Source: Candidatus Kaiserbacteria bacterium
GTDB taxonomy: Bacteria; Patescibacteriota; Minisyncoccia; Phycocordibacterales; UBA918
Length of the DNA stretch: 24,005 bases
Direction: 5' to 3'
Assembly (NCBI GenBank): GCA_003245875.1
Contig: QKBW01000067.1
Coordinates: 1 to 24,005, forward strand
Numbering within the stretch: position 1 is the first letter of the stretch; each line of letters begins with the position of its first letter. Of this stretch, positions 1 through 7,629 are shown piece by piece. Under the pieces are notes generated by a model. That model worked only from the letters and a program-made list of their open reading frames with translations, was not told the origin of the DNA and did not search any database. The position numbers were made by a program, and so were the translations under genes.

Positions 1-633
1 ACCGGGCAGTTTTTTGTAGTGAGTGATGAAGGGCTAATCGGCGGCGGCCATCAAGTGGCCGCCGCCGACGTACGTGAATTGCCCGGCCGACATACTCGCA
101 TTGCGTTTACCTTTACTGATGGTACAGGTCTGTATTTTAATGATATGCGGTTGTTTGGGTATGTGAAGATCGCTGGAGCGGCGGCTGTCGCCGCCGCGCG
201 TGCGGGCTTTGGTCCCGAACCAATTGCTGATGATTTTGATTGCGTCTGGTTTACTGATACTTTGCGCAAAAAGAAAACGACGGTCAAAGCGGCCTTACTT
301 AACCAAAAATTTGTGGCTGGATTGGGAAATATTTACGTTGATGAGGCGCTTTTTCGTGCTGGCATACGACCAATGAGAAAAGCCAATACGTTGACAAAAA
401 AAGAAGCGGCGGCGCTTTGCACCGCCGCGCGTGCAATTCTTCAAGAATCTATTAAGGTCGGTGGCACGACCTTTCAGCATTTTCTTGATTCTACTGGAAA
501 CAAGGGAAATTTTACGCAGTATTTGCAGGTTTTTGGTAGACAAGGAATGCCGTGCGTTCGTTGTGGAGAAACTATCAAAAAGGTACGTTGTGCAGGCCGT
601 GGAACTCATTATTGTCCAGGCTGTCAAAAATAA
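1..633 (+). CDS. mutM: Formamidopyrimidine-DNA glycosylase (Fpg/MutM), 5'-truncated by the window
   Basis: Frame is open from base 1 (TGQFFVV...). Motifs: DMRLFG, H2TH motif KAALLNQKFVAGLGNIYVDEALFRAGIRP, and C-terminal zinc finger CVRC...RGTHYCPGCQ. Confidence 0.95.
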   Translation, partial: TGQFFVVSDEGLIGGGHQVAAADVRELPGRHTRIAFTFTDGTGLYFNDMRLFGYVKIAGAAAVAAARAGFGPEPIADDFDCVWFTDTLRKKKTTVKAALLNQKFVAGLGNIYVDEALFRAGIRPMRKANTLTKKEAAALCTAARAILQESIKVGGTTFQHFLDSTGNKGNFTQYLQVFGRQGMPCVRCGETIKKVRCAGRGTHYCPGCQK

Positions 634-680
634 GCTTGTCTCTATGATTTGTCTTTGAAATATCTGTGAGGTTAATGGTG

Positions 681-686
681 TATAAT
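681..686 (+). promoter_or_regulatory. sigma70 -10 box for hpf
   Basis: Perfect TATAAT 32 nt upstream of ATG 719; no well-spaced -35 seen. Confidence 0.6.
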
Positions 687-718
687 AAGAAGACGTTACT
701 GGTAATTAGTCATACAAC

Positions 719-1078
719 ATGACAACCATCAACTATAAATTCAAAAATATGGGTTCAGACAATGCTTTGCAGCAGTTGTTTGAGCAAAAATTTACTTCTA
801 TTGAGGTCTACCTGGGTAATGAGACCGATCAAAAAATGGACATCGAGTTTGAACGATTGGTTGCACACCAAAATGGTGATACTTGTCGTTTGGAAGCTAC
901 TGTTTGGAATGGGGGGAAGTTATATCGTTCAGAGACGGTAAAAGAGAGTTTTGAAAAAGCAATTGATGAAGTACGTGATGAACTCGATAAAGAATTTCGT
1001 CGAGCTAACCGCAAGCGTGAAAATATGTTTCGCAAGGGCAGTCGCGTTATTAAAGACATGATGCGTTTGGGGAAATAG
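719..1078 (+). CDS. hpf: Ribosome hibernation promoting factor / RaiA (S30EA family)
   Basis: 119 aa with an HPF-like pattern: INYKFKNM at the start, CRLEATV...GKLYRSE...SFEKAIDEVRDELDKEFRR, and a basic C-terminal tail. Confidence 0.8.
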   Translation: MTTINYKFKNMGSDNALQQLFEQKFTSIEVYLGNETDQKMDIEFERLVAHQNGDTCRLEATVWNGGKLYRSETVKESFEKAIDEVRDELDKEFRRANRKRENMFRKGSRVIKDMMRLGK

Positions 1079-1087
1079 GGAGATAAT

Positions 1088-1126
1088 AAAACAGTGGCGG
1101 GGGGGGGTTAATACTGCTGCTGTTTT
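1088..1126 (+). terminator. Intrinsic terminator after hpf
   Basis: AAAACAGTGGCGG (1088-1100) pairs with CTGCTGCTGTTTT (1114-1126) using 3 G-U wobbles that only work on the + strand RNA; ends in a T run. A G9 run (1099-1107) extends into the loop. Confidence 0.7.
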
Positions 1127-1128
1127 AA

Positions 1129-1187
1129 TATTGACATATTGTTAAATACATTGTATCAATGTAGTACATGGTCAATAGAAAGGAGGT
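1129..1187 (+). promoter_or_regulatory. Promoter/operator and Shine-Dalgarno of the orphan ORF
   Basis: TTGACA at 1131-1136; weak -10 TATCAA at 1154-1159 (17-nt spacer) inside the palindrome TACATTG-TAT-CAATGTA (1147-1163); outer inverted repeat TATTGAC/GTCAATA (1129-1135/1171-1177); AGGAGGT at 1181-1187, 5 nt before ATG 1193. Confidence 0.6.
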
Positions 1188-1192
1188 GTGCC

Positions 1193-1522
1193 ATGTCCGT
1201 TCATCAAAGAGATTATAGGCAGGTGGACATCATGCTGCGTGGGGTACGGTGTTCAATCAAAAGCCCGCCTGGTCTTAGTAAATACAATCTTGTTCGTAAA
1301 CTGGGCAGGTTGGATTTCCTGAGGCGGGCTGTGACAGCTGACGTTGCATATTTTGACACCGTTTACTACTCGTATCTGTTGGGTGGTGGCAAAAAACGGC
1401 AGCGCATATTGCATGCGATCATGCATGTTCGTCAATATCCCGAGGCGCGCAGGTTGGCACTGCAACGTATTCGTGAAAACGAATTGCGTTATGCTGCAGC
1501 GTTGAACGCAGTCGCCTTATAA
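1193..1522 (+). CDS. Hypothetical basic protein (109 aa, Arg/Tyr-rich); no family recognised
   Basis: Perfect SD favours ATG 1193 over the track start at 1139. Manual count: 16 R + 5 K versus 8 D/E, and 8 Y. Confidence 0.65.
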   Translation: MSVHQRDYRQVDIMLRGVRCSIKSPPGLSKYNLVRKLGRLDFLRRAVTADVAYFDTVYYSYLLGGGKKRQRILHAIMHVRQYPEARRLALQRIRENELRYAAALNAVAL

Positions 1523-1580
1523 CACGTACATAAGTTTTTTAAAGCAGCTTTTCTAATAGAGAATGCGTTGCTTCATCAAT

Positions 1581-1641
1581 AAAACCCAAAGAGGTACATT
1601 TATGGAATGTACGCATATAAAATATGCACTCTTAGGGTTTT
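1581..1641. terminator. Branched (three-way junction) bidirectional terminator-like structure between convergent genes
   Basis: P1: 1581-1587/1635-1641 plus 1589-1593/1629-1633. P2: GTACATT/AATGTAC (1594-1612). P3: GCATAT/ATATGC (1613-1627). T runs follow on both strands. Confidence 0.65.
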
Positions 1642-1645
1642 TTAT

Positions 1646-2488
1646 TTACCCAAAATATTGCTCCCAGGCCATCTCCTTTTTTCCTTCCGGGACGATTCGC
1701 TTGATTACAAACTCATTATTTTGAAGGGTTGCCTCGGTTATTTTAATACGGACCTGCTTGTCATTTCGATTGGTGAAAAAATATGTCCCCGGCCATTCTT
1801 TATACGCGCGGTATTTATTCCAATTTTCTTTTGCTGGTGCAGTCAGATCAAGCAACCCGTCCTCTTTTTTCAATTTGCCGCAACGGGTTGCCTGGGAATG
1901 GTCTTGCAGTGTTGCTTCAATATACCCGTCGATGTATCGCGGTAGAGTTTTGATAAGTAGCTCACTGCCAATTTCAATTAAACGAGGGCGGAGTTCTTGT
2001 GTGGTTTCACTTTCGCCGATCACAGTGCTTTCTTGGGCCACAATATCTCCTGCGTCGAGCTCTTTGACCATTTTTTGGATGGTCACGCCGGTTTCGCTGT
2101 CGCCATGCAGCAGCGCAGCTTCGGTTGGCGTCGCACCACGATACTTTGGTAATAGGGAATAGTGCACATTGAGAATACCAAGTGGGAAACTCTCGATCAG
2201 TTTTTCCGGCAAGATAGAGCCGTAGGCGACACAAATGCCGAGCGTTGCGTCTTCTGCGGTAATGCGTTCGATTGTTGCTTCATCTATTTTTTCAGGAGTG
2301 ATAACAGGAATGTTATGTGCTTCTGCAAATACCTTGGTCTCGGAAGGAGTGAGAATGTGTCCGCGACCACGCGGTGCATCTGGGTTCGTTACCACTAGCG
2401 ATGGTGTGTGTCCTGCATCAACCAGCGCAGCCAGTGTGTCCCTCGCCACATACGGTGTCCCAAAAAAAACGAAATTTGCGTTATTCAT
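1646..2488 (-). CDS. fmt: Methionyl-tRNA formyltransferase
   Basis: FVFFGTP, VVTNPDAPRGRG and LNVHYSLLPKYRGATP motifs. Start set at ATG 2488, which overlaps the def stop (ATGAATAA); the longer track ORF runs into def. Confidence 0.95.
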   Translation of the reverse strand: MNNANFVFFGTPYVARDTLAALVDAGHTPSLVVTNPDAPRGRGHILTPSETKVFAEAHNIPVITPEKIDEATIERITAEDATLGICVAYGSILPEKLIESFPLGILNVHYSLLPKYRGATPTEAALLHGDSETGVTIQKMVKELDAGDIVAQESTVIGESETTQELRPRLIEIGSELLIKTLPRYIDGYIEATLQDHSQATRCGKLKKEDGLLDLTAPAKENWNKYRAYKEWPGTYFFTNRNDKQVRIKITEATLQNNEFVIKRIVPEGKKEMAWEQYFG

Positions 2489-3014
2489 GATTTGCTTCGC
2501 GTTTGGTGTCATGGTCCATCTCGCTTTTGTGAATGACTTCTTCGGCACGGTCGATAAAAAGTGTGCCATCAAGGTGGTCGGTTTCGTGTTGGAAGATTTG
2601 TGCCAAGAGGCCGCCGGCACCGCGCTCGTATTCGACGCCATGTTCATCCAGTGCGCGGAGCGTTACGTTTTTGGCCCGCCGCACCATGCCGTAATGCTCC
2701 GGTACCGAAAGGCATCCTTCACCAACCACGTGGGTGCGCTTTGATGATTTGATTATTTTTGGGTTGATAGCGATTAGCAGTGGTAGTGAATCGCGGTCTT
2801 CACTCTGATCTTCCACCAAGAAAAGGCGCTTAGCGACGCCTATTTGCGGAGCGGCAATAGCCACAGCAACAAACCCCTCGACATTGTACGACTTAAGAGC
2901 AGCCCGCATGTCTTTCACCAGCTTTGCCACGGTGCCATTTTCGATTTCTTCCTGAGTTATCTCCTCAGCGATGGCGTGAAGTGCGGGATGATTTTCTGGA
3001 ACTAATTTGGCCAT
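2481..3014 (-). CDS. def: Peptide deformylase
   Basis: EGCLS and QHETDHLDG motifs; motif 1 is the variant AVAIAAPQIG; lies in priA-def-fmt order. Confidence 0.95.
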   Translation of the reverse strand: MAKLVPENHPALHAIAEEITQEEIENGTVAKLVKDMRAALKSYNVEGFVAVAIAAPQIGVAKRLFLVEDQSEDRDSLPLLIAINPKIIKSSKRTHVVGEGCLSVPEHYGMVRRAKNVTLRALDEHGVEYERGAGGLLAQIFQHETDHLDGTLFIDRAEEVIHKSEMDHDTKREANHE

Positions 3015-3024
3015 AGATAAGGCT

Positions 3025-3033
3025 ACTATAGCA
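3025..3033 (-). promoter_or_regulatory. Extended -10 (TG-C-TATAGT) for def
   Basis: Reverse complement of 3025-3033; 10 nt from the hexamer to the ATG. Confidence 0.6.
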
Positions 3034-3038
3034 GATTG

Positions 3039-3067
3039 GGGCGGTTTTGGCGAAGCAAAAACCGCCC
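3039..3067 (-). terminator. Inverted repeat between priA and def
   Basis: GGGCGGTTTT (3039-3048) / AAAACCGCCC (3058-3067), a 10-bp perfect stem 16 nt after the priA stop. Confidence 0.6.
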
Positions 3068-3083
3068 ATCACTTTATTCCAGC

Positions 3084-4973
3084 TTAAACCAAACGGTCGG
3101 GGTTGATCTCAATGCGGACGTACGGTGGCAGTGTGCGCAGTGTGGTCATCAATTCTTCGTCCGGCCAAAGTGTGCGCGGGATGCGGAGCAAGCCATATTT
3201 GGTGGCATGTTCACTGGTAGTTGTCGGTGCATGATAAAAACGTGGCTGCCATTTTTCCAAATGTGTTGTTAACTCCGCTTCGGTAGCGCTCACTGTCGCT
3301 GCAGTACCCATAAAAGTAAGGTGAATGAAGGTGAAGAAAGGGGGATAGGAGAGCTGCTTACGCAAGGCGAGTTCTTCGGTATAAAACTGTTCCAGGTTGC
3401 CGGTTTCTGCCAAGCGAAGTAAGTCGTCCGGTTCGGTACGGGTTTGTACGTACATCATGTGAGAAGTTTTTTCGCGGATGGAGAGTAAGAGTGAGAAAAG
3501 TTCTTCATCAGAGCGCCAGGTAGGAATGGCGCGAGCTGCATCAAGCGACGTGATCATACTGTATGGAATCGGTGTTTCGATGTAGGGCATCACCATCGCG
3601 GTGCCAAGTAAAATTGCTCCTTTGCTTTCATAAAAATCACCGATGATCTTCTTGGCTTTGCGATACGTGGTCGCAGTTGTGTGATCGAATGTGTACACCG
3701 GTATATTAGGAAATTCACTCCTCAGGTACTCTTCGATCTGCTGAATACCAATGCCGCGTTCGCGCAAGCGCCAGGAACCACACAGTTCGCAGGTATCAGC
3801 GGCTTTGATGCGTTTACCGGAGGCGCTAGCGACAAACCAACGTTTTTCCTCGCCATTTTTCACTGTCTTAAAAAGGGAGTACGGCGCGCCAGACTCAGGA
3901 CAGCGAAAGATGTATCCGCAATCCATACAAGCGACGACCGGTGCAATACCGCGGCGGGCTGCATAGATGAAAGTGTTGGTGCGCTCGGCGGCGGCGGCGC
4001 GAAGCGCCGCCGCCATCTCCGGTGCCAACAGCGAAAATGTTTCCGACTTCAACTTGTCCGGCAGGTGAGTGACTACGGTAAAATCGCTGTTAAAACTGAT
4101 GCGGTTTGGTACTTCTTCTTCGGTGGCGTAGATATCTTCACGGCGTAAGTATTCGTCTTCAGTGCGCGGTACCAAGTCGCCGAGCAGTACATTACGGCCG
4201 GCTAGTTTGGCAGACACCTTCAGAGCGTCACGAATATCAAGGTACGGTCGGGTGCGCAGTTTATACGCGCGCGAACGAGATTGGTCGATAATGATCTCAG
4301 TAATGTCGTGACGATCAATAAAAGCATGTGTCGCAGTAGTAATAATGAGTTTGGCATGCGAGAGGTCTGCGCTCTGCTCATATGAAAGTTTTAGCTTTCG
4401 TTTGGTGTAAGCGGAAGAGAATGTGATGATCCTGTTTTCAATACCTTTTTCCAAATAGGCACGTGCCCGCTCTACGTCAGCGGCGGTTGGTACCACAAAC
4501 AACACTGAGCCGCGGTGCGCAAAGGTTTCTCGGATGCGGCTGCGGTAGGCACGGAAGCGATCTTCATAGGTACCATGCACGATGGCTGTTTGAACCGGCC
4601 CCTCGTTTGGGTTGAATGGCGTATCAAGTAATACACATTCACCGGTAATAATTTCTTTGGGTAGGAGAGAAAAAAGAATAGCGCCGCGCTCGGCTGGTAG
4701 TTGCTTGGTCAACGCATCAGCCAGTGCCATGATAAGGGCGGGAATGCGAGCATGTACAGTTTGCGGCGGCAGTTTCTTGAGTGTAAAGGTGGCGGCACGC
4801 AGCGCTGTCTTGGCGGTGGAAACGGGTGAGGAACCGATCACTAAGGCACGCTTAGTGTTGGAACGAATGGGCACGGAAATAATAGTGCCCGGAGTGTAAT
4901 TGGCCGCACTGTAGTAGGTAAGCGATTCAATCTGTGCTCCCCGAACCAAAGGAATAACCTCGATGACGAACAT
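3084..4973 (-). CDS. priA: Primosomal protein N' (PriA), degenerate helicase motifs
   Basis: N-terminal 3'-DNA-binding-like domain (LTYYS...PGTIISVPIRS), ARRGIAPVVACMDCG cysteine-rich region, GIGIQQIEE, ILLGT, QLSYPPF; adjacent to def-fmt. Confidence 0.88.
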   Translation of the reverse strand: MFVIEVIPLVRGAQIESLTYYSAANYTPGTIISVPIRSNTKRALVIGSSPVSTAKTALRAATFTLKKLPPQTVHARIPALIMALADALTKQLPAERGAILFSLLPKEIITGECVLLDTPFNPNEGPVQTAIVHGTYEDRFRAYRSRIRETFAHRGSVLFVVPTAADVERARAYLEKGIENRIITFSSAYTKRKLKLSYEQSADLSHAKLIITTATHAFIDRHDITEIIIDQSRSRAYKLRTRPYLDIRDALKVSAKLAGRNVLLGDLVPRTEDEYLRREDIYATEEEVPNRISFNSDFTVVTHLPDKLKSETFSLLAPEMAAALRAAAAERTNTFIYAARRGIAPVVACMDCGYIFRCPESGAPYSLFKTVKNGEEKRWFVASASGKRIKAADTCELCGSWRLRERGIGIQQIEEYLRSEFPNIPVYTFDHTTATTYRKAKKIIGDFYESKGAILLGTAMVMPYIETPIPYSMITSLDAARAIPTWRSDEELFSLLLSIREKTSHMMYVQTRTEPDDLLRLAETGNLEQFYTEELALRKQLSYPPFFTFIHLTFMGTAATVSATEAELTTHLEKWQPRFYHAPTTTSEHATKYGLLRIPRTLWPDEELMTTLRTLPPYVRIEINPDRLV

Positions 4974-4984
4974 AACCTTAGTAT

Positions 4985-5011
4985 AAAGGGTAAAAGGTCA
5001 AAGGCCAAAGG
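4985..5011. repeat. Four AAAGG units at 7-8 nt spacing directly upstream of the priA -10 box
   Basis: AAAGG at 4985, 4993, 5000 and 5007; TATACT (- strand) at 4980-4985, 6 nt before the priA ATG. Confidence 0.6.
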
Positions 5012-5034
5012 TATAACGAACTCGGGGCAAAAGT

Positions 5035-5090
5035 ACAGCACTGATTTCCGGAGGGCGGTTATTGGGGCGGTGGGCGCAGGAAATCACTGT
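5035..5090. other. Stem-loop with a large G-rich (+) / C-rich (-) loop in the murA-priA spacer
   Basis: TGATTTCC (5042-5049) / GGAAATCA (5079-5086), extended by ACAG/CTGT across a 3-nt bulge; the 29-nt loop contains GGGCGGT twice. Confidence 0.5.
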
Positions 5091-5118
5091 CACCACACCA
5101 CCAGCTGTTATTGGTACA

Positions 5119-6420
5119 TTATACCTCCTCTAAGTAATCAATCCTGGCGCCGAGGGACTGAAGGCGTTCGACGAGGTTCTCGTAGCCACGGTTGATGGAG
5201 TAGATATTGCGTAGAATAGAAGTACCCTCGGCGCCAAGCATGGCAATAAGAAGAATGGTGGCCGGGCGAAGGGCCGGTGGACAGATCAACTCAGTAGCGC
5301 GCAGTTTGGTTGGGCCGGTAATGTAGATTCGGTGCGGGTCGGCCAGGACAGTATCAGCGCCGAGCTTTTCTAATTCGGTAAAGTAGATAGCACGCTTCTC
5401 ATACATCCAGTCATGAATGAGTGTTTGCCCAATCGCCTGTGTGGCAATGACCGCAAAGAAAGGGAGGTTGTCGGCGTTGATACCCGGATACGGACGTGAG
5501 TGTATCTTTTCCGGTGGTGCGACAAGCCGGCTTTCTTTGAGTGTGAGGTCAACCAGTTTAACTTGACCATTCTCACCCATATATGGTTCGCTCTGCGTGA
5601 AGTGCAACCCCATTTTTTCCAAGACGAGAAGTTCCAGTTCAAGAAACTCGATTGGACAACGGGTAATGGTTAGCTCTGATCCGGTCACAATTGCTGCTGT
5701 AATGAAGAACATACTGTCGGTTGGATCTTCCGCGAGGGTATAGGTGATCGGGGTGTTGATTTCAGATAGACCGGTGACGGTAAGGGTGGTGGTGCCGACG
5801 CCGTCGATCTTTATGCCGCACGCCTGTAAGAAAGTACAAATTTCTTGCACCATGTAGTTGGCACTGGCGTATTTGATGATTGTGGTGGATGGCGTGAGCG
5901 CAGCAGCAAACAGTGCATTTTCGGTAACCGTGTCACCAGATTCATACAAAATGATCTCAGCAGGCTGTGTTTTCGCTACACTGATTTCGTACGATAAGTC
6001 GGTTGTATCGATAGACACACCAAATTTTTCCAAGGCAAAGAAGTGTGGACGTACGGTGCGGCTGCCGAGTTTGCAGCCGCCGGATTGTGGCAGGGAGAAT
6101 TTTTGCAAATGGTGGATGAGCGGCCCAATGAACATTACGATGCTGCGTGTTTTGCGTGCCGCTTCTTGATCGATGGTGGAAAGGTCAAAGGTAGCGGGTG
6201 GTGTAATGACCATAGTGTCGTCTTGCCAGTCGATCTTTACACCAATACTTTGCAACACTTCAATGAGTCTGAAAACTTCTTCAATACGCGGAACGCGCTT
6301 GAGGGTGGTGGTATTTTTGTTCAATAGTGAAGCACAGAGTAAGCCGACCGCGCCGTTCTTACTGGTGTTGGTGGCAATGGTGCCGGCGAGTTTTTTCCCG
6401 CCCTCAATTCGTACGTTCAT
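5119..6420 (-). CDS. murA: UDP-N-acetylglucosamine 1-carboxyvinyltransferase
   Basis: MNVRIEGGKKLAG start, SKNGAVGLL, catalytic-Cys loop SGGCKLGSR, HSRPYPGINAD, INRGYENLVERLQSLGA. Start reassigned to ATG 6420, because the track ORF overlaps mreB. Confidence 0.95.
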   Translation of the reverse strand: MNVRIEGGKKLAGTIATNTSKNGAVGLLCASLLNKNTTTLKRVPRIEEVFRLIEVLQSIGVKIDWQDDTMVITPPATFDLSTIDQEAARKTRSIVMFIGPLIHHLQKFSLPQSGGCKLGSRTVRPHFFALEKFGVSIDTTDLSYEISVAKTQPAEIILYESGDTVTENALFAAALTPSTTIIKYASANYMVQEICTFLQACGIKIDGVGTTTLTVTGLSEINTPITYTLAEDPTDSMFFITAAIVTGSELTITRCPIEFLELELLVLEKMGLHFTQSEPYMGENGQVKLVDLTLKESRLVAPPEKIHSRPYPGINADNLPFFAVIATQAIGQTLIHDWMYEKRAIYFTELEKLGADTVLADPHRIYITGPTKLRATELICPPALRPATILLIAMLGAEGTSILRNIYSINRGYENLVERLQSLGARIDYLEEV

Positions 6421-6496
6421 AGCAGGTCGAGTATAGCATATAGGTCTGCCTCTACAGAGGTTGTCCTCCTGCCCGCAACACTGTAGGATAGTGGGA
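6421..6496. promoter_or_regulatory. Divergent murA/mreB1 promoter region
   Basis: Minus strand: TG-C-TATACT (6430-6438), 9 nt before the murA ATG. Plus strand: TTGTCC (6461-6466)-N17-TAGGAT (6484-6489), 7 nt before the mreB ATG. Central palindrome CCTCT-AC-AGAGG at 6449-6460. Confidence 0.6.
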
Positions 6497-7510
6497 ATGT
6501 TATCGCGTTTTAGCCCAAAACTTGGTATTGATCTCGGTACCACCAATGTGTTGGTGTACGTACCCGGGCAAGGCATTGTACTCAATGAACCATCAGTTGT
6601 GGCGGTGTCTAATAATAGTGAAGTGTTGGCAGTAGGAGCTGAAGCAAAACGTATGGTTGGACGTACGCCAGAGAGTATTCGCGCCTATCGGCCAATGAAG
6701 GATGGTGTCATTGCCGATTATCGAGTAACCGAAGCTATGCTTCGCTACTTTTTGCAGAAGGCGATGGGTCGTTTCTCGATTTTCAAACCTGACGTCATGG
6801 TGTCAGTGCCGGCTGGTGTAACATCGACCGAGAAGCGTGCGGTAGTGGAAGCGGCCATGAAGGCCGGAGCTAAAAATGCGTATGTGGTAAAAGAGCCGAT
6901 TCTCGCTGCTATCGGTGCCGGGGTGCCTATTTACGAACCGCAAGGCCACATGATCGTCGATATTGGTGGTGGTACGATCGATGTAGCGGTCATTTCACTC
7001 GGCGGTATTGTGGCCGCCAACTCAGTGAAGTGCGCCGGTAATCGTATCGATGCAGCCATCATTGATTACATAAAAAAGACTCGTAACCTGGCGATTGGCG
7101 AGAAGACGGCCGAAGAGGTGAAGATAGAGATCGGTTCGGCTCTGCCTCTGGAAGAAGAACTCTCGATGGAGATAAAAGGCATTGATGTGTTGACCGGTTT
7201 GCCGCGTACGACCGAGGTGCGCACCAATGAAATTGTCAAAGCCATTGGTAAAGAGTTGCGTGAGATGGTGAAGGCGATCAAAGATGTTTTTCAGGAGACG
7301 CCACCGGAACTCGCTGCCGATATTATCGACGACGGCATCATTATGACCGGAGGCACTTCGCAACTACGCAATTTCCCAGAGCTGGTGAAGCGCCGCACTG
7401 GTGTGAAGGCACAACTAGCCAACCAAGCACTCTTTTGTGTAGTGAAGGGGACGGGAGTGGCATTAGAGCATCTGTCTACCTACAAGAAAGCAGTAATAGC
7501 GAAACGGTAG
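6497..7510 (+). CDS. mreB: Rod shape-determining protein MreB/Mbl family (stand-alone paralog 1)
   Basis: GIDLGTTN, NEPSVVA, RPMKDGVIAD, VDIGGGTIDVAVISLGG and GIIMTGG motifs; start taken as ATG 6497. Confidence 0.95.
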   Translation: MLSRFSPKLGIDLGTTNVLVYVPGQGIVLNEPSVVAVSNNSEVLAVGAEAKRMVGRTPESIRAYRPMKDGVIADYRVTEAMLRYFLQKAMGRFSIFKPDVMVSVPAGVTSTEKRAVVEAAMKAGAKNAYVVKEPILAAIGAGVPIYEPQGHMIVDIGGGTIDVAVISLGGIVAANSVKCAGNRIDAAIIDYIKKTRNLAIGEKTAEEVKIEIGSALPLEEELSMEIKGIDVLTGLPRTTEVRTNEIVKAIGKELREMVKAIKDVFQETPPELAADIIDDGIIMTGGTSQLRNFPELVKRRTGVKAQLANQALFCVVKGTGVALEHLSTYKKAVIAKR

Positions 7511-7528
7511 TATGTGAGGATGTGGACG

Positions 7529-7552
7529 GCGGCGGGGTACAAGCCCCGCCGC
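7529..7552 (+). terminator. GC-rich hairpin after mreB1, abutting the next -10 box
   Basis: GCGGCGGGG-tacaag-CCCCGCCGC followed by TTT, then TATGAT at 7558-7563. Confidence 0.6.
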
Positions 7553-7629
7553 TTTGGTATGATAGAGGTACCATATATGTACGATGTGATGGCGTTTTAT
7601 TTATCACATGTGTTCATTGGATAACCAAC

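Noticed and set aside
1141-1523. Integron cassette (GTTAAAT at 1141; stop codon within TAAC)
   Set aside because: TTATAAC does not fit RYYYAAC, there is no downstream GTTRRRY closing an attC, and no integrase is present.
5098-5105. E. coli Chi octamer GCTGGTGG (also at 9634-9641)
   Set aside because: Chi is lineage-specific, and two hits in 24 kb in opposite orientations are compatible with chance.
7584-7609. CRP/FNR site (TGTGA...TCACA)
   Set aside because: The spacer is 14 nt rather than the required 6.
5119-7629. Extended N-termini in the ORF track (murA 6585, mreB 6461, ATPase 7435; likewise fmt 2647, holB 14570, frr 15221)
   Set aside because: Most extensions overlap neighbouring genes, all lack family-like sequence, and for murA, mreB, holB and frr a -10 box sits just before the downstream ATG.
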